Source: an uncultured Candidatus Saccharibacteria bacterium (GTDB lineage: Bacteria > Patescibacteriota > Saccharimonadia > CAILAD01 > GCA-016700035). From it: a stretch of 38,479 nt of DNA. Of the stretch, positions 1 through 8,144 are shown piece after piece. Both the position numbers and the translations under genes were made by a program. The number at the start of each line of letters is the position of its first letter. Position 1 is the first letter of the stretch. The DNA lies in assembly GCA_937996675.1 (NCBI GenBank), contig CALKUN010000033.1:1-38479 (forward strand), written 5' to 3'. The notes under the pieces are model-generated. The model was not told where the DNA came from, did not search any database, and saw only the letters and a program-made list of their open reading frames with translations.

Positions 1-1
1 T

Positions 2-811
2 GATAGTGAAAAGAATGGAGATGCTTTTGCCAATGATGCCTATAACTTGAGGGCTGCCAATGGTGCAGAATTCGTCATGCGAATTCTTAAACTCCAACTT
101 CCTGAGACGGTTGAACGTGAAGTCGAAATGCAACATCGACTTGCCGAAGTGGGAATCGGTACCCCTCACTACCTAACGTTTGATAATGGCAAGCATGTCG
201 GTGAACATAATGGCCTGGCCTTTACTTTAAGCGAACGTATTGCGGGTGAAGTCCCAAAAACCGCTTCGCTCGATCTTATTCATAGCTTCGGATCAACGTT
301 AGCACAGTTTCATGATGCGCTTGATGATACCGAGGTACCTCTTAGTAAAATGCAGTGGTTTCAGCCCAAGAATGTCCATGAAGATCTTGAAAAATACGAT
401 GGCGAGCTAAAGCCAGGTATCACAAGACTCATCGCAGATGGTGAGCAACTGTTCCAGACCGATCTCCCGCAAACACTCATTCACGGAGACTTGTGGCTTG
501 GTAATGTATTTGCTGAAGGTGACGAGGTAACTGCCGTATTTGACATGGAAACTGCCGAACATAACTACCGCATCATTGACTTAGCACGCACCTACCTATC
601 AATGCGTCTAGAAACCGATTACACCAAGGAAGAAATTATCGACATGTTATTTTCAGGATATGACGAAGTGGCACCCAAGCCACTTACTCAAGATGAAAAA
701 GACAACTTTGGATTGGCGATTAGCTACACTGCCGGTGTTTGTGCGCTATGGCACGAACTCAATGGCACAAGGTATGCAGGTAACTACTTAGGCTTCGGGG
801 AGGATAGATAA
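2..811 (+). CDS. APH-family (aminoglycoside/homoserine-kinase-II type) phosphotransferase, probably 5-prime truncated by the window edge
   Basis: The frame is open from nt 2, and the ORF-track start at 47 is a TTG. It has the catalytic-loop motif HGDLWLGN followed by VFDMETA, typical of the APH kinase fold. Its stop overlaps the next start (TAATG). Confidence 0.75.
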   Translation, partial: DSEKNGDAFANDAYNLRAANGAEFVMRILKLQLPETVEREVEMQHRLAEVGIGTPHYLTFDNGKHVGEHNGLAFTLSERIAGEVPKTASLDLIHSFGSTLAQFHDALDDTEVPLSKMQWFQPKNVHEDLEKYDGELKPGITRLIADGEQLFQTDLPQTLIHGDLWLGNVFAEGDEVTAVFDMETAEHNYRIIDLARTYLSMRLETDYTKEEIIDMLFSGYDEVAPKPLTQDEKDNFGLAISYTAGVCALWHELNGTRYAGNYLGFGEDR

Positions 812-1182
812 TGACAACATTTGAGACCTGGAGAGATCCAGCAACTGGCGTTGAATTTAGTTTTAGTCATTCAGACGAGAACTTTACGACTGGCGTAATG
901 TATCTACCGCCTCATTCTGAGTTACCAAAACATAACAGGCCAAAAGCTTTTGAAAATCTAAAGCAAATTGCTGGCAAGTGTAACATGACTATATTTGACC
1001 CTGAGGGTGATGGTTCTTTTGATAAGTTACTTTCACCTGGCGACGAGTTAAGAATGGAAAAAGGACAATTCCATATCCATGCCAATCCATTTGAAGAAAA
1101 ATCATACACACTCTTTAAGGCCGAGGGTGATATTACTGAAGTCATGAGGGCACTTAGAGAAAACTTTATGAGAATTAACTAA
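811..1182 (+). CDS. hypothetical protein (possible small beta-barrel/cupin-like)
   Basis: A 123-aa ORF joined to both neighbours by TAATG overlaps. No diagnostic motif was recognised. Confidence 0.6.
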   Translation: MTTFETWRDPATGVEFSFSHSDENFTTGVMYLPPHSELPKHNRPKAFENLKQIAGKCNMTIFDPEGDGSFDKLLSPGDELRMEKGQFHIHANPFEEKSYTLFKAEGDITEVMRALRENFMRIN

Positions 1183-1628
1183 TGAATACCAAAGGCAAGG
1201 AAATTCTTGAAAAAATACGGTACGCTACCATATCTTCGGTAGACCAAAGTGGTGCGCCTTGGGCTGCCCCGGTGTGGTATGTTTTTGATAAGAACTTTGA
1301 TATTTACTGGTGGTCACCACAAGGAGCACAACACTCAAAAAATATTGCTTCAAATCCCAATGTATATATAACAATTTTTGATTCAAGCGCGCCAGAAGGC
1401 GAAGGCGTAGGTCTCTATTTACGAGCGCAAGCTAATCTATTAGATGAAAAATATCTTGATGATGCAATAGAACTCTACAACACCTCCACCAAAGTATTTA
1501 AGCTTGATCAAGAGAATTGTACGGATAATGCTCCAACAAGGGTTTACAAAGCAATTACAAAAGAAGGCTGGACCAATGATGGCGAGACTAAAGATGGCTT
1601 CTACATCGATAAGAGGGTGGAATTATGA
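1182..1628 (+). CDS. pyridoxamine 5-prime-phosphate oxidase-like FMN-binding family protein
   Basis: The N-terminal pattern ATISSVDQSGAPWAAPVWYVFD...IYWWS...HSKNIASNPNVYITIF resembles the general-stress-protein-26/PNPOx split-barrel family. It has an ATGA overlap with the next gene. Confidence 0.7.
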   Translation: MNTKGKEILEKIRYATISSVDQSGAPWAAPVWYVFDKNFDIYWWSPQGAQHSKNIASNPNVYITIFDSSAPEGEGVGLYLRAQANLLDEKYLDDAIELYNTSTKVFKLDQENCTDNAPTRVYKAITKEGWTNDGETKDGFYIDKRVEL

Positions 1629-2107
1629 CAGACGAACAGTTTATGCAAATAGCCATCGATGCTGCTAAAGAAGCTGAGTCAACCGGTGGCGCTGCCATTG
1701 GTGCCATCATGATAAAAGATGGAAAAGTGATTGCTCGAGGTCTGAGTAACCCTTGGGGCAAACGTGATCCTTCAAATCATGGTGAAATCGATTGCATCCG
1801 TAATACTGCTAAAGATAATGATCTAATGGATATGGCGGGCTGTACAATGTATGGCACACTCGAACCCTGCTCGATGTGTGTCGGTGCCGCCCTCTGGGCT
1901 GGTGTGGATCGTATAGTTTTTGGTGCGTATGCCGAAGATGTTGCTGACAATAACTACGAATATGATGACTACAGTTCCGAGCAACTTGCAAAGACGTCTC
2001 GAAGAGCAGCCGATCCTACACGGGGCAAGATTGAAATAGTTGGCGGAGTGTTACGCGAAGAATGTACGGGGCTTCTGAGGGGATATAGGGACTGGCAGAA
2101 ACAATGA
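1625..2107 (+). CDS. CDA-fold zinc deaminase (TadA/guanine-deaminase-like nucleoside or nucleotide deaminase)
   Basis: Zinc-ligand motifs HGE (HGEIDCIRN) and PCxxC (EPCSMCVGA) sit at the canonical spacing. Confidence 0.85.
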   Translation: MTDEQFMQIAIDAAKEAESTGGAAIGAIMIKDGKVIARGLSNPWGKRDPSNHGEIDCIRNTAKDNDLMDMAGCTMYGTLEPCSMCVGAALWAGVDRIVFGAYAEDVADNNYEYDDYSSEQLAKTSRRAADPTRGKIEIVGGVLREECTGLLRGYRDWQKQ

Positions 2108-2649
2108 AGCTTTATAGATTTAGCCCAATTCAAAATCAAGACGAACTATTGGAAGCAATAAAATACATTCACTTTGCCTGTTATAAACTATGCAAACAAA
2201 CCTTTGGCGAATATCTTCCAAATGCTGGGAACATGGGGGTATTCTGTCACTACGATGATGAATACCAGAAATTAGTAGCTATTAGGAACCAAATCGTAGA
2301 GCCATCAGACGATCCGAATCAGAAATATTTTGAGCTACTCGAGCCAATAGTTATTCCTGCACACAACGACATTCCAGAAACAACCTATACCCATTTATAC
2401 ATACGTAAACCCGACATCTATCGAGCACAAGTTGGTGATATTGATTTCTTTTTAGACCAGCAAGAGTATGACAAACTCAAACAATCCTTAATCGACGGCA
2501 AAGAGATTAAAGGTGCGAGAGTATTCCCGCGTAAGGATTTAGATATGATTGAACTTTATGATCCAGACGTAGATGCACTTGGTTATGTAAGTACCAATAT
2601 TATGAGTGAAAAAGTGCGAATTAAGTTATCTGACGAGACTAATCTATGA
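2104..2649 (+). CDS. hypothetical protein
   Basis: A 181-aa ORF with an ATGA overlap with the deaminase gene. No motif was recognised. Confidence 0.6.
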   Translation: MKLYRFSPIQNQDELLEAIKYIHFACYKLCKQTFGEYLPNAGNMGVFCHYDDEYQKLVAIRNQIVEPSDDPNQKYFELLEPIVIPAHNDIPETTYTHLYIRKPDIYRAQVGDIDFFLDQQEYDKLKQSLIDGKEIKGARVFPRKDLDMIELYDPDVDALGYVSTNIMSEKVRIKLSDETNL

Positions 2650-2704
2650 TTACAAATTTGTCAGTTCGCTGGTGGGCAAATATTGAAAGGTTTTATCATA
2701 ATTT

Positions 2705-5572
2705 ATGTCCACAAAAACGTACATATATAAACTAAGATATAAGTATCAATTTTGGTACAGAAGTTTTTTATGGTGCGCCTTACTTATACTCGCATGGCTT
2801 ATTTGGGGTTTCATACTTTCATTGCCTGTAATTAATGACATCTTTCCGGGCAGTATCAAAGTATTAGATAAAGGCAACACTCTCGGTTATTTGTCTGCTG
2901 TTCTTGCAATCCAAATACCTTTGTTTATTTTGTTTTTAGAAAAGATGGCAAACTCTGGGTACATCTACAGAAAACTACTTCCTCGGGTAGTAAGCTTTCG
3001 CGAAATCATAACCTTGTTACTTGTTGGCAGTACGTTGATCTTAGTATCGCCTCGTGAGTCTTTTTTGTACTTTCCTGTTCTCCTATTGTTTTGGTTAAAC
3101 ATAATAGCAATATATCGCGCCCTAACAACTGTTTTTCAACCAGATCTTTTTGATACACAAATTAACGATTTTCTAAAGCAGTCCGTGAACAAATCATTTG
3201 ATAAAATGCTTGAACACAGAAAGCAACACAACGAATTCTACAAACAACTCGAAGAACTAGAAACAGTAAAAAGATCATTCCTGAAAGCTCGGCCAGACGA
3301 TGATTTAATTAACCTAGAAATTCGTTCAGAAAAATCAGGTTTTATAAACAATATAGATCTCGCAACTATAGTTCGTATTAGAGATAAAGAATTCAACATT
3401 ATTGGTGAAACAAAGGATACTTCGCAGCAAAACAGAAAAAGTTTGGCCATAGTGGTCAATCTTAATGTGTCTCCCACAAATTCAATCAAAAGGGATCGTA
3501 CGCTTATGACAATCTCTATCCCCAAAGATTACTCTAATACTGCAAAACTACGTAAACCGCTTGTTAAATGCTTCGAGATCTTACCGCAGAGCGATATTGA
3601 TGTGCGCTGGCTTGAAGAATTACTGGGTGAGTTTGATCAGCAATTAAATAAAGCAATATTATCAAGTGACACGATACTCATTAATCAAACTTTCACTCAG
3701 TTACAAGTCGTATTAGATAGCGTCGATGACTTTATTAAATCCAAACAGGAAGATGATTATAAACTTGGTCAGGCTTTTGAAGAAATTAGTCGCTTTGCGG
3801 GCGATGAATTAAGCACTGGTCTAGAGAAGATGTTTGAAATTTTAAGTGATCTTACTGCAAAATCAGTAAGGTACGACCAGCCGGATATCAACAGAGAAAT
3901 TATTCGATTTATATATGGCAACTCGCTAAATTGTATACATTCAAAAAATATCACTTCAATAGCTCGGTATGATAGGTTACTGATTAATGCAATCTCTTTA
4001 TTTGTATATTCAAATGCCTGGAATAAAAATCTCAGTACTACACAACGCGACCTAAGAGAATCTTTGCTTAGCAGACTTAAGGAGCATACTGACATTCTTG
4101 TCTATGAACTCAAAGAGCTAAAAGAAGACATTACAAAGTCTGATGACGGTACGCTAGAGCTTTGGTTTGAAAGACGATTAAGTGATATTAGAAGTTTAAC
4201 CTTAGCTTCGTTTTCTAATAAGCTTGATGTACCGTTTATGAAATTCGTAGAAATACTTGAAAGAGTCGAGCGTGATCGCCACTACGACCGGCTTGAACTC
4301 GATACCTACTCACTAATTAAATGCAATATTCTTATTATTGCCGCCTATATTCACAATAAAGGTGAACTTAATGGTGAATTCGGCAAACTAATAGTAAATA
4401 TTATTAGCCGATGGTCTGAACACGAACTAACTCGAACTTTCTTAGAATGTACAGACAATGATTATGCTGATAAATGGCACGTAAACACTCGAGACCTACT
4501 TGCAGATGGTGAGATGCACTCCGTGCCAAGCTACGACCTTGTATTAAAGTCGCTCTGGGTTGAAATAATGCTCGGTAAAACTATTCATCAAAACACCGAT
4601 ATTTATGGAGAGGAAAAGTTATTTGAGCAAACCTTATTCTTCTCCAATGCAACTTCATCCAACGAGAACAATCCATTACTAAATATTGTTGCTGAAAAGG
4701 ACCCTGAAAATACAACCAAACTAAAAGACTTAATAGAAAAGTTAATTGAAATACGCCACAACTGGGAGAATACGAAACTCATTGACGAAGATATAGATGA
4801 TGAGAAGGTAGTAAAACTTCGAGAAAATGTTAATAAAGCATATATTGAAGCATCTTTGGCTGAAAAACTTTTTGGGAAAGAGCTAATTAAATCAGATGAA
4901 TCAAGAAAAGAAAAAGGATTTATGCAATCAGGCATTAATCAAGTCTTCGATAAAGAAGCGTTCATTAAAGATTGGCATATAGGATACGGCAATGAATTCA
5001 TGGGTGAACAGCTAGGCTCTCAAATAGCCACAAACCAGGATAGGAATATTCTGAGTAACCTTGCCAGTAAGCCGGTTACCAGAAAAGATATAGCGAAATT
5101 ATTAACCAAGCTATCTCTAATGGACGGCAGAAAATGGTTAGTGGTAGCAGTAGGGATGGGCATCTGGAGTATTGAGCACAGGTATAAAAACTTCGTAACC
5201 ATGGCCGATGGAGGCAATGAACTCTACTTTAAAAGCATTGATCAAATTTTGCCAGTTCAGACAATCTACATGGATGGCCTGCACGAAGGACTATATTTCA
5301 TTGACGCAGGTAAAATTGGCACTTTGACTGTTAAGTCTGATAACTATGATCCACCTGTTAAGGTGGAGGTAACGGCTTACTCAAAAAGTGACTATTTAAT
5401 GGATGGCCTCATAAGCACATCTCCAAAATGGCTGACTGATAAAGGGGATGAAGCAGCACAAAGAGCGTACTTAGGGACAAAGGCTCGATTATTAGTAGAA
5501 AGGGTTTTCAAACATACCGCCCCTAAGAAGACTGTGGTGTACTTCCTGAAGTCAGATGATGACATAATTTAG
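2705..5572 (+). CDS. large membrane-anchored hypothetical protein (955 aa)
   Basis: A single long ORF in the most AT-rich stretch. The first ~150 aa contain about four hydrophobic helices and are followed by ~800 aa of predicted soluble, helix-rich sequence. No catalytic motif was recognised. Confidence 0.75.
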   Translation: MSTKTYIYKLRYKYQFWYRSFLWCALLILAWLIWGFILSLPVINDIFPGSIKVLDKGNTLGYLSAVLAIQIPLFILFLEKMANSGYIYRKLLPRVVSFREIITLLLVGSTLILVSPRESFLYFPVLLLFWLNIIAIYRALTTVFQPDLFDTQINDFLKQSVNKSFDKMLEHRKQHNEFYKQLEELETVKRSFLKARPDDDLINLEIRSEKSGFINNIDLATIVRIRDKEFNIIGETKDTSQQNRKSLAIVVNLNVSPTNSIKRDRTLMTISIPKDYSNTAKLRKPLVKCFEILPQSDIDVRWLEELLGEFDQQLNKAILSSDTILINQTFTQLQVVLDSVDDFIKSKQEDDYKLGQAFEEISRFAGDELSTGLEKMFEILSDLTAKSVRYDQPDINREIIRFIYGNSLNCIHSKNITSIARYDRLLINAISLFVYSNAWNKNLSTTQRDLRESLLSRLKEHTDILVYELKELKEDITKSDDGTLELWFERRLSDIRSLTLASFSNKLDVPFMKFVEILERVERDRHYDRLELDTYSLIKCNILIIAAYIHNKGELNGEFGKLIVNIISRWSEHELTRTFLECTDNDYADKWHVNTRDLLADGEMHSVPSYDLVLKSLWVEIMLGKTIHQNTDIYGEEKLFEQTLFFSNATSSNENNPLLNIVAEKDPENTTKLKDLIEKLIEIRHNWENTKLIDEDIDDEKVVKLRENVNKAYIEASLAEKLFGKELIKSDESRKEKGFMQSGINQVFDKEAFIKDWHIGYGNEFMGEQLGSQIATNQDRNILSNLASKPVTRKDIAKLLTKLSLMDGRKWLVVAVGMGIWSIEHRYKNFVTMADGGNELYFKSIDQILPVQTIYMDGLHEGLYFIDAGKIGTLTVKSDNYDPPVKVEVTAYSKSDYLMDGLISTSPKWLTDKGDEAAQRAYLGTKARLLVERVFKHTAPKKTVVYFLKSDDDII

Positions 5573-5690
5573 CGCAAATTGGCAAAAAACACATAAAGAG
5601 GCTTACGTCCTCTCGCAAGAAACACAAACCTCTTAAGGCAAGTATACATGAGGGCTTTACTTTCCGTAGGTCTCTAAGTGTACAGGCCGA

Positions 5691-5735
5691 GCAAAGTAGT
5701 CAAGGTAGTACAAGTCTCCACCTTGACTACTTTGC
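5691..5735. repeat. perfect 16-bp inverted repeat (hairpin, 13-nt loop)
   Basis: GCAAAGTAGTCAAGGT-N13-ACCTTGACTACTTTGC, with flanking GGCC...GGCC able to extend the stem. No T-tract follows. Confidence 0.85.
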
Positions 5736-5787
5736 CTTGCGGCCTTGTGTTCAACCTCCGTTACAAAAAGTAAAGGAGGATAGCGTC

Positions 5788-6069
5788 ATGCATGATGCAG
5801 CAATACAAACTTTAACCTTCAACGGTTGGTGCAACCGTGAAACGTGGGTCATGAATTTATGGCTCACCAACGATGAGTATGCATACAATGCACTGCAACA
5901 TGTCTTAAAGGCATTCGAGAGTATCGGAGAGCAGGTTGAAGAACTTGAGCACTGGGTTAGGTGTGAATATGGCCTTGATGATCTTGATGCATCAGTTGTA
6001 AGTGACTTACTCGGATCGTCGTTAGGCAGAATTGATTGGTACGAGATTGTACAGAACAATCAAGATTAA
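5788..6069 (+). CDS. hypothetical small protein (93 aa)
   Basis: The ATG at 5788 is preceded by AAAGGAGGA. The ORF-track start at 5737 is a non-ATG codon inside the hairpin region, so the shorter form is preferred. Confidence 0.6.
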   Translation: MHDAAIQTLTFNGWCNRETWVMNLWLTNDEYAYNALQHVLKAFESIGEQVEELEHWVRCEYGLDDLDASVVSDLLGSSLGRIDWYEIVQNNQD

Positions 6070-6125
6070 TTAATCGTCCTGAGCAAGACATTAAACGGCT
6101 CTATTTTTAATTTAAGGAGATTTCT

Positions 6126-6446
6126 ATGAACACAAATGATACTGCCGTAAGAATAGCTAAACTTAACGATGAATTCAGAAGATCAATGATCGGATGTACC
6201 GTTACCTCAGGTGTAGTTGCGTTAACTCACATGATGAATGACGTTTTCGTTGCGGTCAGAGATTACAGTGACTTCAATCAAGGAAACGATCCGTATGGCG
6301 AGCATGACTTTGGTAGTTTCCAAATAGCTGGCATTAAGTTCTTCTGGAAGATAGATTACTATGATCAGGAACTTGAAGAGTGGTGTGATCCGCTAAGCAA
6401 TGACTGTCGCAGGCATCTCACTGTCATGAGAGCTGAAGAGTATTAA
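6126..6446 (+). CDS. DUF3768-like protein (plasmid/ICE-associated small protein)
   Basis: The motif string GNDPYGEHDFGSF...FFWKIDYYD matches my recollection of the DUF3768 signature. An AAGGAG RBS lies upstream. Confidence 0.6.
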   Translation: MNTNDTAVRIAKLNDEFRRSMIGCTVTSGVVALTHMMNDVFVAVRDYSDFNQGNDPYGEHDFGSFQIAGIKFFWKIDYYDQELEEWCDPLSNDCRRHLTVMRAEEY

Positions 6447-6476
6447 TATGTAGTCCTGAGTATGACCTCAAACTGC

Positions 6477-7247
6477 TCAGCTCACCAAACTTACATATTT
6501 AGTAGGATTAAACGCACTCGCCCAGCCGGGGTTTTCGCCCTCTACAAGTTGTTTAATGTCAGTTGCGATTATAGATATTTCGTTTTCCTCATAGCCAAGC
6601 TCCTCAAGTTTCTTTTGAGCTTTATATAAGAAGCCGAGTTTTGATCGACTATCCTTAAATACAAACGCCATGGTAGGGTATGCACCATTCCAGCCGTCTT
6701 CTTCACTATGTTCTAAATACTCGTCACGTCTTTTGTTAACAAAGTATGGCAGCTTGTCCGGTACGATAATGATGAAAGCCTCGTGGCCCTCTGGTGTCTT
6801 TACGTACAACTCAGGTCGTTGCTTTGGGAATATCTTGAAACGGTTAATCTCAGTCTTAGTCCGAATAACGGTATTTTCGGGGAGTTTCTTTTTTATTGAT
6901 ATATAGCACTCCAAGTTATTGAAGCACTCTCGAATGAATTCTTGAGTTGCTCTGTAGTCGTTATAAACGGAGTTTACTGCGCGATCATCTAGTTCTAGGA
7001 TTTTCTTAACTGTCGTAACACCTGACTTGCTGAGATAGTAATATGCTGGTTTTCGATCAATTCTCCAAGACTGTTCATACACACGATCTAGTAGTTTAAG
7101 TTTATGTAGAGATTGTAGTGATTCATATGCTGTATCTTTTCTAATGTTTAGTAGTTTTGCTAGTAATGGGGCAGTTATGAATCTGAATTTATAGACAAGA
7201 GTTAAGAGGCGTTGTTGCTGTTTTGTAAGTTGCTTTTTCTCCGCCAC
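6477..7247 (-). CDS. replication-relaxation family protein (N-terminal winged helix)
   Basis: The N-terminus LTKQQQRLLTLVYKFRFITAPLLAKLL...LHKLKLLDR...YYYLSKSGV is typical of the replication-relaxation family. It has a GTG start with AAAGGAG 8 nt upstream. Confidence 0.6.
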   Translation of the reverse strand: MAEKKQLTKQQQRLLTLVYKFRFITAPLLAKLLNIRKDTAYESLQSLHKLKLLDRVYEQSWRIDRKPAYYYLSKSGVTTVKKILELDDRAVNSVYNDYRATQEFIRECFNNLECYISIKKKLPENTVIRTKTEINRFKIFPKQRPELYVKTPEGHEAFIIIVPDKLPYFVNKRRDEYLEHSEEDGWNGAYPTMAFVFKDSRSKLGFLYKAQKKLEELGYEENEISIIATDIKQLVEGENPGWASAFNPTKYVSLVS

Positions 7248-7470
7248 GTTTATGTTCTCCTTTACTATACTTTAGTATAAAGAGAGATAAAGTAAATAGA
7301 GTATATTTGTATCTGTTAATTAATGACTTTTTACCCCGTATGCATATGGGGTAAATTTTACTATAGAAATATGGTAATTAGTATTGCTTTTTATTTTAAT
7401 TAGTAATACTATTTATATAGAGATTGTACGTTAACAATTCGGCTAATTGAGGGTAGAATAAGGGGTAATT
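7248..7470. promoter_or_regulatory. AT-rich divergent control region with several palindromes and direct repeats
   Basis: Palindrome TATACT-TT-AGTATA lies at 7266-7279. TTTACTATA occurs at 7261 and 7357. TAATTAGTA occurs twice, near 7376 and 7399. TTACCCC-N10-GGGGTAA lies at 7331-7354. Confidence 0.45.
7331..7354. repeat. inverted repeat TTACCCC-N10-GGGGTAA
   Basis: Read directly from the sequence. Its right arm plus flank (GGGGTAAATT) recurs at 9669-9678. Confidence 0.8.
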
Positions 7471-7623
7471 ATGGTTGATAGAGAAGTCCTAGAAAAACAA
7501 GCATTAGAAGAAGTTTGCGCGTGTTTGTATTACGACCTAGCGGACAATATCGATATAGAATCAGACGATACATTGCTTGCAATTACAGAGCATACGATAG
7601 TATGTGATATCTGCGGAAAATAG
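7471..7623 (+). CDS. possible 50-aa ORF (below the ORF-track cutoff)
   Basis: ATG preceded by AAGGGGTAATT. It translates to MVDREVLEKQALEEVCACLYYDLADNIDIESDDTLLAITEHTIVCDICGK with a TAG stop at 7621. There is no other support. Confidence 0.3.
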   Translation: MVDREVLEKQALEEVCACLYYDLADNIDIESDDTLLAITEHTIVCDICGK

Positions 7624-7656
7624 AAAAAAGCAACACTATGCGTTAAAATAGGGCTG

Positions 7657-7860
7657 ATGTCCAGAAAGATTGTAAACATGCAAGTTAAGGTTTCGGAAGC
7701 GGTCAAAGACCGTGCTAAAGCCGTAGCCAAGGCTAATGGCAAAACTCTGAGCGAACTTGTTCTGAAGTTACTGGCAAATGCCGGCGATAAAGAACTAAAG
7801 TCTCTAGTAGAGCAGGAATTAAAAGAACGACCAAAGCCAGGACGACCCTGGGATAAATAA
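7657..7860 (+). CDS. ribbon-helix-helix (CopG/Arc-like) DNA-binding protein
   Basis: KIVNMQVKVSEAVKDRAKAVAKANGKTLSELVLKLLANA fits the beta-strand/helix/helix RHH pattern. Confidence 0.55.
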   Translation: MSRKIVNMQVKVSEAVKDRAKAVAKANGKTLSELVLKLLANAGDKELKSLVEQELKERPKPGRPWDK

Positions 7861-7925
7861 TCTCTAGTTAGTCGAATTGTTAACGCACTGATCTCCAGTG
7901 TGTTTTTTATGTTCGGAGGGTAATT

Positions 7926-8144
7926 ATGGACATATTCGAAAATCAGGAGCCAGAAGAAGTAGTCTCGGATTTTTGCATTCCAAACGAGAAGAAGATTGAG
8001 CTGTTACGATCAATTCTTGAGACTGAATCAGAATCTTCTGTGACATTCAGGGACGCAGAAGAAGTTGCACGCCGACTTGTTTCGTTCTATGAGTCTCTTG
8101 CTGGAGATAGAAAAATAATTCCTGGGCTGCAAGATGAAAGCTAA
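7926..8144 (+). CDS. small acidic hypothetical protein, overlaps the recombinase start (possible directionality or accessory factor)
   Basis: A GGAGGG RBS lies upstream. It overlaps the recombinase gene by 11 nt. Confidence 0.5.
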   Translation: MDIFENQEPEEVVSDFCIPNEKKIELLRSILETESESSVTFRDAEEVARRLVSFYESLAGDRKIIPGLQDES

